Positions 1 to 9,757 of a DNA stretch of 64,000 nucleotides are shown piece by piece. Below the pieces are notes generated by a model. It was not told the origin of the DNA. It saw only the letters and a program-made list of their open reading frames with translations, and made no database searches. This stretch comes from Candidatus Kapaibacterium sp. (GTDB lineage: Bacteria; Bacteroidota; Ignavibacteria; Kapaibacteriales; UBA2268). Numbering within the stretch: the stretch's first letter is position 1; the number at the start of each line of letters is the position of its first letter. Location: NCBI GenBank assembly GCA_963665665.1, contig OY762428.1, positions 768,001-832,000 of the forward strand, in the 5' to 3' direction. A program made the position numbers and the translations under genes.

Positions 1-423
1 GTATTACTATAAAGAAATTAATAATCCTGAGATAATAATGGCTTTGCCAATTTTTTATTAAATTTAGTATGTGTGAAAGTCAGATTTTACCTTAATCATG
101 AACTCTCAGAAATATTGCCATCTGATGTTGAAAGCCCCAAGGCTCTGCTGCTTTTTCCCTCCGGAAAACCTGCACTTTCAGGATTATACACATTATTAAT
201 GCTGAGAAACAGATTTTGATAGTAAAAATCAACTTTATTCGTTTCGAACTATTGTTTCATTACAAATTCTATAGTAAATTATACCTTGTTGAATATGATG
301 ATTTATTTATGTTATATTAACAAATTACGAAATATAATCGTCATATATCATGTCAATTAAATCATTGGTATATTATCAAAGTTTAATGGCTGACAATATT
401 TTTTAATTATTCTGAGATCAGTT

Positions 424-1029
424 ATGGCATTTACCTTTTTTTTCAGGGATTATCACACAATCGAAAAGGCTATTGAATTTCTATTACCCCAGGTTGCAGG
501 CTTTAAAAAAATCAAAATTTGGGATGCAGGATGTGCTCACGGCCCTGAACCCTATACCTTTACAATTTCATTATCAGAAAAAATGAATCACTATAGTTTC
601 AACAATGTACAGGTTGATGCCAGCGATATTGACGAAACTGATACTTTTGGTAAAATCATTACCGAAGGAATATATCCTTACCACGAATTACAAAGAATTC
701 CCGAAGATATTTTCAAAAAATATTTTTCAAAGGCTGATGAAAACAATCATTTTAAAATATCTGAAAATATCAGGTCGAAAGTGCATTTTAAGAAACATAA
801 CCTGCTTACACTTCAGCCCTACGACCGTGGGTATCACCTGATAATCATCAAGAATGTATTACTTCATTTCCAGCCTTCCGAACGAATTGAAGTTATAAAA
901 ATGTTCCACAGCGTTCTGGCTGATAACGGACTAATGATGACTGAACAGACACAGCCATTACCGGATGAATGCAAGAGTTTGTTTGAGAAAATGGCTCCTG
1001 ATGCTAATATTTTCAGGAAAATCGGATAA
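424..1029 (+). CDS. cheR: CheR-type SAM-dependent methyltransferase (catalytic domain only)
   Basis: TFFFRD, KIWDAGCAHGPEPYT, DASDID, F.KHNLL, KNVLLHF match CheR motifs; N-terminal helical domain absent. Confidence 0.85.
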   Translation: MAFTFFFRDYHTIEKAIEFLLPQVAGFKKIKIWDAGCAHGPEPYTFTISLSEKMNHYSFNNVQVDASDIDETDTFGKIITEGIYPYHELQRIPEDIFKKYFSKADENNHFKISENIRSKVHFKKHNLLTLQPYDRGYHLIIIKNVLLHFQPSERIEVIKMFHSVLADNGLMMTEQTQPLPDECKSLFEKMAPDANIFRKIG

Positions 1030-1030
1030 G

Positions 1031-1630
1031 ATGAGAGTAACGAAACTGGCAAATAATCCAAAAGTATATTCCTGCAATGTGTATTATGTCAGGGGTGAAT
1101 GGAATACTCTTGATGATGTAAACACTTTGATCGATACAGGCACTGATAATTTTACTCTCTCGGAAGTTAATAAGATAACATCATACGGAGTTGGTAAAAG
1201 AAAAGTTGAACAGATAATTCTGACACATGAGCATTTTGACCATACCGGAGGCCTGAAATTTATCAAACCGGAATACAATCCCGTTGTTCTTGCAGCAGCA
1301 AGAATACCGGGGGTTGATATTATGGTAAAAGATGAAATGCAGATAAAAATCGGCGACAGGAAATGTACCATATTCATGACTCCGGGACATTCCAACGATT
1401 CGATTTGCATATACTGCGAAGAACAGGGAATACTATTTTCCGGTGATACACAACTGTTTATAACAAATAATGACGCAACTCTATCGTATGAATATGCAGA
1501 GGCCATCAAAAGGCTGAGTAAACTTAAAATCAATGTTATTTACAGCGGCCACGACGACCCGTTTACAAGAAATATCGATCAGTTTTTTCAAGAATCACTT
1601 AGAAATATTAAAAATTCCAGGATTATTTAA
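1031..1630 (+). CDS. MBL-fold metallo-hydrolase
   Basis: LIDTG, THEHFDHTGG, TPGHS.DS, FSGD, SGH motifs; ATG at 1031, 1 bp after the cheR stop, preferred over 965. Confidence 0.85.
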   Translation: MRVTKLANNPKVYSCNVYYVRGEWNTLDDVNTLIDTGTDNFTLSEVNKITSYGVGKRKVEQIILTHEHFDHTGGLKFIKPEYNPVVLAAARIPGVDIMVKDEMQIKIGDRKCTIFMTPGHSNDSICIYCEEQGILFSGDTQLFITNNDATLSYEYAEAIKRLSKLKINVIYSGHDDPFTRNIDQFFQESLRNIKNSRII

Positions 1631-2728
1631 ATGTTTAATATTATCAGATTATCACTTTTAGTTATTCTAATTTCTATTCTTTCATGTCAAATTTCACGAT
1701 CTCAGGTTGATGAGCAGGCAGCGAGAATAGCAGCCCGTGGTATGATAGCCATGAATAAGGCTGATTATGAGCTGGCCGCCAGAACTTTTGACAGCGCGAT
1801 GAAAATTGACCCGGCCCCGATTCTATATCCTTATGAAAAAGCCCTTGCCTACTACCAGATGCAGCAATTCGATGCAGCAGCATTTATTCTTGATTCATTA
1901 ACAGCCCTGGATGCAGCCAGCGACCAGATATGGCAGCTACTCGGAAATTGCTATGACTACATGAAAATGAAAAAGAATGCTCTTGATACATATAAGGAAG
2001 GCCTTAAAAAGTTCCCGAACTCCGGAAGGCTGTATAAGGAACTTGGCGTTTCAACTTTCCGCGAAGACTGGCCCCGGGATGCCCTGGGTTATTGGGAAAC
2101 AGGAGTTCAGGCTCAGCCGGCCTACCCGGATAATTATTACTATCTGGCCAAATATTATGAAAATACCGGTGAAAAAATCTGGGGCCTGTTTTACTCTGAA
2201 GTATTCCTGAATAAAACTCCCAACCAGGTAAAAGCTGATGAAATCAGCCAGGTTCTTTATAATACATACAACAAAGCGCTGTTCAATTTCATCGACAGCG
2301 TCAGGACTATCTCTTTTACAAGAGTGAAAGTAAATGTTGACCTGGAAAGTAAGAACAAGTACATTCCCTTTCAGACTGCCTATCAATTGATTATGGAAAG
2401 CCTTCCTGAAGCACAGTTTTCACTTCTGGAAACAAAAGCTTCGATTGCACAGGTATCCGATATTAGAATTGCGTTTATAAAAAAATGGTATAGTGAAGGT
2501 TTTGATAAGAAGTTCCCGAATATAATCCTGGAATATCAGAAAGCCATGGATGAAGACAATGTACTCGAGGCCTATAATTATTGGATTTTAAAGAATGGGG
2601 CTCCGGAAGAATTTGAAGCATGGAAGGAAAATCATCTAAAAGACCTTGCACGTCTCGGTAAATGGCTGGAGATTAATCCTCTGCCTATCAGCCCTGAAGC
2701 ATATTTCTCAAGGCAGTTTTACGAATAG
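1631..2728 (+). CDS. Exported tetratricopeptide-repeat protein
   Basis: Hydrophobic signal peptide; TPR-like helices (A...F..A..IDP, LLGNCY, YKEGLKKFP). Confidence 0.75.
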   Translation: MFNIIRLSLLVILISILSCQISRSQVDEQAARIAARGMIAMNKADYELAARTFDSAMKIDPAPILYPYEKALAYYQMQQFDAAAFILDSLTALDAASDQIWQLLGNCYDYMKMKKNALDTYKEGLKKFPNSGRLYKELGVSTFREDWPRDALGYWETGVQAQPAYPDNYYYLAKYYENTGEKIWGLFYSEVFLNKTPNQVKADEISQVLYNTYNKALFNFIDSVRTISFTRVKVNVDLESKNKYIPFQTAYQLIMESLPEAQFSLLETKASIAQVSDIRIAFIKKWYSEGFDKKFPNIILEYQKAMDEDNVLEAYNYWILKNGAPEEFEAWKENHLKDLARLGKWLEINPLPISPEAYFSRQFYE

Positions 2729-2746
2729 AAAGCAGGCACAAATATT

Positions 2747-3634
2747 ATGAAATCACCGATAAAGAGAATAGCTGCAATACATGACCTATCAGGCTTCGGA
2801 CGTGCTTCGCTGACGGTTGTTACTCCGATTCTATCCACAATGGGGGCTCAGGTTTGCCCCCTCCCTACCGCGGTTCTTTCCACGCATAGCAAGTTCAAAG
2901 GTTACCACTTCGTGGATCTGACCGACCACATGCAGCCAATGATAGACCATTGGAAAGAACTGGACATAAAATTCGATGCAATATATTCCGGTTTTCTGGG
3001 TTCACACAGGCAGATAGATATTGTTATTGATTTCATAAAAGATTTCAAAAAAGAAAAGACACTTGTGGTTGTTGATCCTGTTCTCGGGGATAATGGTAAA
3101 GTTTACGGCCCCCTGAATGATGAGGTCGTTCAGGAAATGAAGAAACTTGTAAGGGATGCAGATATAATCACTCCCAACCTGACCGAACTTGCCCTGCTGC
3201 TTGACAAACCATACAATCCTGCAATCGGTATGGAAGAATTAAAAAATGATATACTACAACTGGCAAAAACAGGCCCGAGAATTGTTATTGCAACTTCAGT
3301 GCCTTCCGATTTGAATAATCAGAATGGTGATGCGAAGGGAACATCTGTGGTGGCTTACAATAAAAGAGGCGACCGTTTCTGGCGTGTTAGCTGTTCATAC
3401 CTGCCTGCCGATTACCCCGGTACAGGCGATGCTTTTGCAAGTGTGGTTACGGGTTCCCTGCTGCAGGGCGATTCGCTGCCGATAGCCCTGGATAGAGCCG
3501 TCCATTTCATATCCATGGGTGTTAGAGCTACTTTCGGCTATGAATACAATCCCGACGAGGGTATCCTGCTGGAAAGGATGCTCCCAACCTTAAACGCCCC
3601 GGTTCAGATGAGCAGCTATGAAATTATTGATTGA
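2747..3634 (+). CDS. pdxK: Pyridoxal/pyridoxamine kinase
   Basis: IHDLSGFGRASL, LPTAVLSTH, YSGFLGS, VDPVLGD, ITPNLTE, GTGDAF. Confidence 0.9.
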   Translation: MKSPIKRIAAIHDLSGFGRASLTVVTPILSTMGAQVCPLPTAVLSTHSKFKGYHFVDLTDHMQPMIDHWKELDIKFDAIYSGFLGSHRQIDIVIDFIKDFKKEKTLVVVDPVLGDNGKVYGPLNDEVVQEMKKLVRDADIITPNLTELALLLDKPYNPAIGMEELKNDILQLAKTGPRIVIATSVPSDLNNQNGDAKGTSVVAYNKRGDRFWRVSCSYLPADYPGTGDAFASVVTGSLLQGDSLPIALDRAVHFISMGVRATFGYEYNPDEGILLERMLPTLNAPVQMSSYEIID

Positions 3635-3648
3635 ATTTCTAATATGCC

Positions 3649-3684
3649 AAAAAGGACGACAAATTAGAGTGTCGTCCTTTTTTT
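3649..3684. terminator. Bidirectional intrinsic terminator between convergent pdxK and lpxD
   Basis: aaaaaggacgaca-loop-tgtcgtccttttttt. Confidence 0.85.
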
Positions 3685-3705
3685 ATCATACATTGAGGTT
3701 TTGAA

Positions 3706-4773
3706 TCAGCCATTATCAATCTGCTTAAGCATTTTATCAACTGATTTCTTAAGAGTATTCAGGTCATTCCGCATTTCAGGAAGGGAACGGATAACAGCCT
3801 CGATCTTGAATCCTTTCAGTCTTTCCCTTGCCGGTGAACCAAAATAGATACCTTTCTTTGTTATTGACTTGGAAACACCGGATTGTGCCATTACGATAAC
3901 ATCGTCGGCAGTATCCATGTGGCCGGCAAAGCCTACCTGCCCGCCAAGCCTGTTGCGTTTACCGATATTCACGGAACCTGCAATACCTACCTGCGATACT
4001 ATTGCAGTATTCTCACCAATCGAACAATTGTGCCCTATCTGAACCAGGTTATCAATCTTCACTCCGTCTTCAACAATTGTTGAGCCAAGCAGCGCCCTGT
4101 CAATTGTAGTATTTGCACCTATCTCAACGCGATCTCCGATTACAACGTTTCCGAGCTGGGGTATTTTATCATAGGAACCGTCTGCATTTTCAAGATAACC
4201 GAAACCGTCAGCCCCGATAATGGCACCGGAATGAATAATAACCTCATTACCGATTATACAATCCTGATAAATAACAACCGATGAGTTTACCCTGGTTGAT
4301 TTACCGATTGAAACATTGTCATATAGAGTAATATTTGGCATAATTATTACATTGTCGGCTACTTTGCAGTTCTCACCTATCACACAGTTTGCCCCGATAA
4401 AAGCAGTTCCGGATATCTCGGCGCTTTCAGCTATAACAGCTGAAGGATGTATCATAGGCCTGGGCTTTTCAGCCATTGCATCAACGGCTTTGAATAGTTC
4501 CGCCAGCTTGAAATAAGGGTTCTCAACCCTGATAAAACATTGATTATCCGCGGGTTCAGCTTTAAGTGAATCTTTTACTATTATGCAGCTTGCCCCTGTT
4601 GTGGCAAGGAACTTTTCAAATTTTTCGTCGGAAAGAAAAGTCAATTCTCCTTCTGTGGCCTGTTCAATTCTGTTAAAACCATTAACAGAAAGGCCGGTCT
4701 GTCCTTCAAACCGGCCATTGATTATTTCAGCAATTTTTTCGCATGAAATTGGCTTCATAACCATATATTCCAA
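3706..4773 (-). CDS. lpxD: UDP-3-O-(3-hydroxyacyl)glucosamine N-acyltransferase
   Basis: Hexapeptide repeats, IGADGFGY, KIPQLG.V.IG..VEIGANTTIDR, KIDNLVQIGHN; in bamA-skp cluster. Confidence 0.95.
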   Translation of the reverse strand: MEYMVMKPISCEKIAEIINGRFEGQTGLSVNGFNRIEQATEGELTFLSDEKFEKFLATTGASCIIVKDSLKAEPADNQCFIRVENPYFKLAELFKAVDAMAEKPRPMIHPSAVIAESAEISGTAFIGANCVIGENCKVADNVIIMPNITLYDNVSIGKSTRVNSSVVIYQDCIIGNEVIIHSGAIIGADGFGYLENADGSYDKIPQLGNVVIGDRVEIGANTTIDRALLGSTIVEDGVKIDNLVQIGHNCSIGENTAIVSQVGIAGSVNIGKRNRLGGQVGFAGHMDTADDVIVMAQSGVSKSITKKGIYFGSPARERLKGFKIEAVIRSLPEMRNDLNTLKKSVDKMLKQIDNG

Positions 4774-4787
4774 TAAATATTATTATT

Positions 4788-5549
4788 CTATTTTCTGTTC
4801 GGCCCCGTGGGCATTTCGGGAAGTTTTCCTTCTTCGCCCGGTTCCTTCGGATTTTCTTCCTGCTCTTCTACTTCTTCGCTGCCTTCTGCCGGCTGGCTGT
4901 TTTCAACAGGATCTCTTTCAATTTCCCTGCTTTTGCTTGAACGGCTTCTGCGGCGTGGTTTATAGCTTTTTTTCTTCTTGTTGCGCGGATCATTTTCGAT
5001 TTTCTTTTTCAGGTCCTGTTCCAGTTTGTCAACATCCACACCAAGTTTACGAAGAACTTTAACCGTAAGGTCGTATTTAAAATTAACGTAAGGCATGGGC
5101 TGTTTACTCTGATCCCAAACCATGTCGAATCCCTGTTCCGCAGCAACTTCCTGAACAGCAGCATAAATTTTTTCTTCAACGGGTCGCATGATAATCTTCA
5201 CAGTTTCATCATATTCCCCACCGGCTTCAAATTTTGTTTTAGCGTATTGAAGGCGGTTTTGTTTTTTCTGCTCAAGTTCTTTTTCCTTCATAACTCTTTC
5301 GGCATCGCTCCATACGAGCCTGTTTTTCTGTATTTCGAACTCGAGAGATTCAATTTCCTGCTGCATAGCATCAAGTTCCCTCTTCCACTCTTCCACCATA
5401 GACTGTATTCTTTGCTCAGCCTGTTTGTTTTCAAGAAAATGCTTCCTGATCGCATCCGAGGAAATAAACGCCACTTTCTGAGCCATCATTCCCGCCGGTA
5501 GCGAAAGGATTATTAGCATTGCTGCAAAAATAATTTTTTTAATAGTCAT
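4788..5549 (-). CDS. skp: OmpH/Skp family periplasmic chaperone with charged C-terminal extension
   Basis: Signal peptide ending AQKVAFI, coiled body, GFDMVWD...YDLT.KVL; ATG at 5549 preferred. Confidence 0.85.
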   Translation of the reverse strand: MTIKKIIFAAMLIILSLPAGMMAQKVAFISSDAIRKHFLENKQAEQRIQSMVEEWKRELDAMQQEIESLEFEIQKNRLVWSDAERVMKEKELEQKKQNRLQYAKTKFEAGGEYDETVKIIMRPVEEKIYAAVQEVAAEQGFDMVWDQSKQPMPYVNFKYDLTVKVLRKLGVDVDKLEQDLKKKIENDPRNKKKKSYKPRRRSRSSKSREIERDPVENSQPAEGSEEVEEQEENPKEPGEEGKLPEMPTGPNRK

Positions 5550-5622
5550 AATAAGAGTCCTGTTTTTAATACTATCTAAAAATCCGGTAAAAACTTCCAC
5601 AGGCAAAAACAAATTAATTCAA

Positions 5623-6150
5623 CTATTTATTACCACGTTTTATTTCATCCAAAACTCTGAAAGTAATATCAAATTTCTCGTCGAAATACAAAAGTGATGT
5701 ACTTGAAGTATCAAATACGAGAGTAATTTTTTCTTTTTTGGATACTTTTTCTATGGCCAAACGGATTTTTTCTCTTATTGGCTCAAGCAGGGCATTGTTT
5801 TTCTGAATAAGAAGGCCTGTCTGCCCGAAAATTGATTCTCTGTACTGAAGAATCTGCATATTTTCCTGCTGCAAAGCCGCTTCTTCTTTCTGCTGCTGCT
5901 CGGGAGTCATCATACCTTTTTGCTTCTGATACTGCTGGAATTTTTCTTCCAGAGAGCTTTGCATCTGCATTAAAGTATCCTGATATTTTTTTGTCATATC
6001 CTGAAGGTCTTTTTGTGCCTGTTTGGCTTCAGGCATTTGCTGGGCTATAGTTTCCATGTTTACAACACCAACTTTAACTGCCTGTGCGTTTGCATTAGTA
6101 TAAAGCCCGAAAAGAACAAGGGCAAAAATTACAGCATAAAATTTCTTCAT
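5623..6150 (-). CDS. skp: OmpH/Skp family periplasmic chaperone
   Basis: AQAVKVGVVNMETI..QMPE, Gln-rich coil, LVFD...LLY...FDIT..VL. Confidence 0.9.
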   Translation of the reverse strand: MKKFYAVIFALVLFGLYTNANAQAVKVGVVNMETIAQQMPEAKQAQKDLQDMTKKYQDTLMQMQSSLEEKFQQYQKQKGMMTPEQQQKEEAALQQENMQILQYRESIFGQTGLLIQKNNALLEPIREKIRLAIEKVSKKEKITLVFDTSSTSLLYFDEKFDITFRVLDEIKRGNK

Positions 6151-6192
6151 TTTTTCTCCAATAAATTATTCATTTATAATAAACATTATTAT

Positions 6193-8559
6193 TTACATAT
6201 AATTACCAAGGTGGAACAGGAATTTCCATCCTGATTTCACTCCGGTGTTATCTTTGTCAAATCCATATCCGTAACTGAATCCGATAATCCCGATCGGGTT
6301 AATCATAAGCTGTACACCCACACCGGCTGATCTTTTCAAATCAAAAGGATCTGTATTTCTTAAGTTTGTCCATACATTACCTGCCTCGGCAAAACCGTAG
6401 AAATATATAGGCATTGGATTTACTGCCAGTGCAAAGCGCAGCTCGGCTGTGGTACGAAGCATAATCCTGCCTCCGTCCTGCACGCCAACAGCCCTGTCGT
6501 CATATCCTCTGAGCGGCGTAACGCCAAATCCTGATAAACCGTTACCACCCATATAATATAATTCCAGTGGCGACATAGCGGTATCAGATTCAAAACCGGT
6601 CAGGTAACCCATTTTTGTACCAAGGTAAAGTACAACCCTGTCATAATCTTCAATTTTATACAGAGGATTGTATGTATCAAAAGTTATTTCATTCTTAATA
6701 TAGTCAGTTGTTCCAAGCCCGGCAGCCCCGAGAGCTACAGAAGTTGTATAGCTGAACTGTGAACCGTCGGTAGCGAAGAACCTGTTATTCAGGCTTATGC
6801 GTGAGAATGACTGTACCAATGTAATTTCTGTATTAAGTCCAGGCCTGTAATATGATGAAATATTTTCACCAACATTGTTTTCCTGAAGCCTGATGCTCCA
6901 GTCACCACGCCAGTAATCATCCGGCCAGCGGAATCTTCGGCCAACATTGAACTGAATACCCGTGCGTTTCAATTTGTAGAAATAATCAACATTTGTGTTG
7001 AATATATTAAAACCAACAGTTGTAGGTTCATCAAAAAGCCATGGTTCGGTGAAACCAAGTGACAAAGTCTGATACCTGCTGGCCTGTCCGAATTCCCATG
7101 TAAAATTCAGAACCTGTCCGGCTCCGCCCTGCAAGGGCTCGGCCAGAGAAAAATTATTGAATGTCATACCGATAGCTCCGGTAAGACCGAATGTTCCGGC
7201 AAACCCGATAGAGGCATTAAATGTATCAGTTGATTGCTCTTCAACGGTATATTCAAGATCAACGCGTGTATTATCAACAGGTTTCACGTCCGGCCTGAGT
7301 GCCTCGGGGTTGAAGTACTGAAGAACTCCAAGAGCCTTTACGCTGCGAATAATCGCGGAACGGTTGAAATAATCTCCGGGGCGTGTGTAAAGCTCCCTGC
7401 GGATAACTTTATCCTTGGTTTTGGTATTACCAACGATATTTACGCGCCTGATAGTAACCCTTGAATTTTCGAAAATACTAATCTTCACATCAACGGAATC
7501 AGAAGCTACTCTTTTCTCTTCTTTCTCGATCCTGAACATCAGGTAGCCGTTATCCATATATAGCGAGCTTACATCGGTCTGGTCTTCATTTGCTCTAAGA
7601 TTGGCCTCGAACTGTTCGGCATTGTATTCGTCCCCGACTTTAAAATCAAGCCTTTTTAAAAGTAAATCGTCTTCATATACGGTATTACCTTCAAAGCTGA
7701 CATTCCTTAAATAATATTTATTACCTTCATCCACATTCAGGACAATATCAACAGTTTCTTCATCTTCGTTATAAATAAGTGAATCAGACAAAATACGGGC
7801 ATCAATATATCCTTCTCTCTTAAAAAATTGTTTTAAAAGCCCGAGATCAGTCTCATATTCATTTTTATCAAATTTTGAAGAACTCCAGAATTCGTACCAT
7901 GATTTGGTATGAGTATCATCAAAAGCAGAAGCAAGATCGTCATCATCAAATACTTCATTACCGTTAAAAGTAATTGATCTGACATAAAATTCCACGCCTT
8001 CATCAATTTCGATATTCATATCAGCATACCGTGCAGTATCAGCTTTATCCAGTTCGGCATCGACTTTAGCGAACATCAGCCCTTCTTCTTCATAAAGCCG
8101 CTTAATATTTTTCTCTATCATGTAAAGGTCGTACCCGGTAATGATATCCCCCTTGACTTTGCCGATATCATCAATAATCTCTCTTTTTGTAAGTTCCTCG
8201 TTGGATTCAACATTAACTGAATTCAGACGTGGAAATTCTTCAACTTTGATAACCAGAAAAACGCCAAGCTCGGTAAGCCTGTCCACCATAATTTCCACAG
8301 AAGAGAATTGTTTTCTTTTCCACAGATTCCTGATAGCCGTATTCAATTTATTATCACTCGGCAGAGTAATCTTATCGCCGATCCTAAGGCCTGTAAGGTT
8401 TACTATAGTTTCGGCATCGGAATATTTATTGCCCTGAACTTCCATTCCGGCAATCGTATAAGTGGCTTGTTCCATTCCATATTGAGCAAAGGATTCGGTT
8501 TTTGCGCCGAAGAATATAATAATTGATATCGCAAGGGATATTGAGCAGAATAATCGCAT
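6193..8559 (-). CDS. bamA: Outer membrane protein assembly factor BamA
   Basis: POTRA repeats (GNTKTKDKVIRREL), GFTEPWLFD, PLRGY, AEAGNVW, RSAGVG. Confidence 0.95.
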   Translation of the reverse strand: MRLFCSISLAISIIIFFGAKTESFAQYGMEQATYTIAGMEVQGNKYSDAETIVNLTGLRIGDKITLPSDNKLNTAIRNLWKRKQFSSVEIMVDRLTELGVFLVIKVEEFPRLNSVNVESNEELTKREIIDDIGKVKGDIITGYDLYMIEKNIKRLYEEEGLMFAKVDAELDKADTARYADMNIEIDEGVEFYVRSITFNGNEVFDDDDLASAFDDTHTKSWYEFWSSSKFDKNEYETDLGLLKQFFKREGYIDARILSDSLIYNEDEETVDIVLNVDEGNKYYLRNVSFEGNTVYEDDLLLKRLDFKVGDEYNAEQFEANLRANEDQTDVSSLYMDNGYLMFRIEKEEKRVASDSVDVKISIFENSRVTIRRVNIVGNTKTKDKVIRRELYTRPGDYFNRSAIIRSVKALGVLQYFNPEALRPDVKPVDNTRVDLEYTVEEQSTDTFNASIGFAGTFGLTGAIGMTFNNFSLAEPLQGGAGQVLNFTWEFGQASRYQTLSLGFTEPWLFDEPTTVGFNIFNTNVDYFYKLKRTGIQFNVGRRFRWPDDYWRGDWSIRLQENNVGENISSYYRPGLNTEITLVQSFSRISLNNRFFATDGSQFSYTTSVALGAAGLGTTDYIKNEITFDTYNPLYKIEDYDRVVLYLGTKMGYLTGFESDTAMSPLELYYMGGNGLSGFGVTPLRGYDDRAVGVQDGGRIMLRTTAELRFALAVNPMPIYFYGFAEAGNVWTNLRNTDPFDLKRSAGVGVQLMINPIGIIGFSYGYGFDKDNTGVKSGWKFLFHLGNYM

Positions 8560-9407
8560 TATTTTTTTGTTGACTTAATTGCTTTAACAACTCTTTTAAA
8601 ATATGATTCGTTTTGAGAACCTTCTTCACTATTTTTCAATTGTGCGGTAGTGCGTCCGTAACGCCTTTCACGGGACATAAAGCTTTCCAGAGCCTCATAA
8701 AGGTCGTCCCGCCTGAATTCAGGCCAGAATTTCCGTGTAATGTACATTTCTCCATAAGCCATTTCCCAAAGAAGGAAATTGCTCAGGCGCATTTCGCCAC
8801 TTGTGCGAATTAGAAAATCAGGATCAGGAATATCCTCGGTTTGAAGATAAGAAGAAAAAAGCTCTTCGTTAATATCTTCCGGAGATACTTTTCCGCGCCT
8901 TACATCAAGTGATATCATTTGTACAGCTCGCACAATATCCCACCTGCCACTGTAACTAAGCGCCAGTGTCAGTGTCAGTCCCTGGTTGTCTTTGGTTTTT
9001 TCCATGGCATCATGGAGCAGTTTCTGAACTACTTTGGGTAGCGAACTTAATTTACCGATAGCGTTAATACGAACCTGGTTTTTATGAAGTTCTTCGAATT
9101 CTTTTCTAAGATAAAACTCAAGGATCTTCATCAAACCACCAACCTCATCAGCCGGCCTGTTCCAGTTTTCATTCGAAAATGCGTACAATGTAAGATATTT
9201 AATTCCAAGCTGGGAGGATGCTTTCACAATATCGCGAACGCTGTTAATTCCTTCCTGGTGCCCGTTTATCCTTCCAAGCCCTCTTTCCAGAGCCCAGCGT
9301 CCGTTTCCGTCCATTATAACTGCTAAATGATTAGGGAACTTACCCAGATTCCTGATTTTTTCCTGTCTTTGCCTGTCTTCTTCCGAATTTTCTTTTTTCC
9401 AGAGCAC
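8559..9407 (-). CDS. uppS: Undecaprenyl diphosphate synthase (isoprenyl transferase)
   Basis: HLAVIMDGNGRWA, LTLYAFSNENWNRP, IRTSGEMRLSNFLLW, RERRYG. Confidence 0.95.
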   Translation of the reverse strand: MLWKKENSEEDRQRQEKIRNLGKFPNHLAVIMDGNGRWALERGLGRINGHQEGINSVRDIVKASSQLGIKYLTLYAFSNENWNRPADEVGGLMKILEFYLRKEFEELHKNQVRINAIGKLSSLPKVVQKLLHDAMEKTKDNQGLTLTLALSYSGRWDIVRAVQMISLDVRRGKVSPEDINEELFSSYLQTEDIPDPDFLIRTSGEMRLSNFLLWEMAYGEMYITRKFWPEFRRDDLYEALESFMSRERRYGRTTAQLKNSEEGSQNESYFKRVVKAIKSTKK

Positions 9408-9719
9408 AACTAATACTCCTAATTACAACATTACATTCTTGCAAATTACAAAAAAATTAGTTTATAAACCTAAAATTCATAGGCTTTTTACTAATTGCCA
9501 ACTGAATTTTTATAAACTGGTAAAATCGGACCTATAAACCTCCGGTTCAAAATGCAATGTTTTTAATTAGAACGAATATAAGTATAAATTATTAAAATCC
9601 AAATTATAATAATCTGTAACAAACCAATTTTTAATTAAGTAAAAAGCTTACAATAATTCAATAATCGAAAAACTTATTCTTTTGTTAATAGTAATTTGTG
9701 AAAGAGTGATTTAAATACC

Positions 9720-9746
9720 CATCCGATGACTCCAGGTCATCGGATG
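9720..9746. repeat. REP-like palindrome, copy 1
   Basis: catccgatgac-tccag-gtcatcggatg; near-identical copy at 25326-25360. Confidence 0.8.
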
Positions 9747-9757
9747 AACATTAATAA

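Noticed and set aside
90-220. Possible riboswitch or short ORF at the window start (aactctcag, actttcagg motifs)
   Set aside because: Other conserved glycine-aptamer elements are missing and no convincing reading frame can be supported
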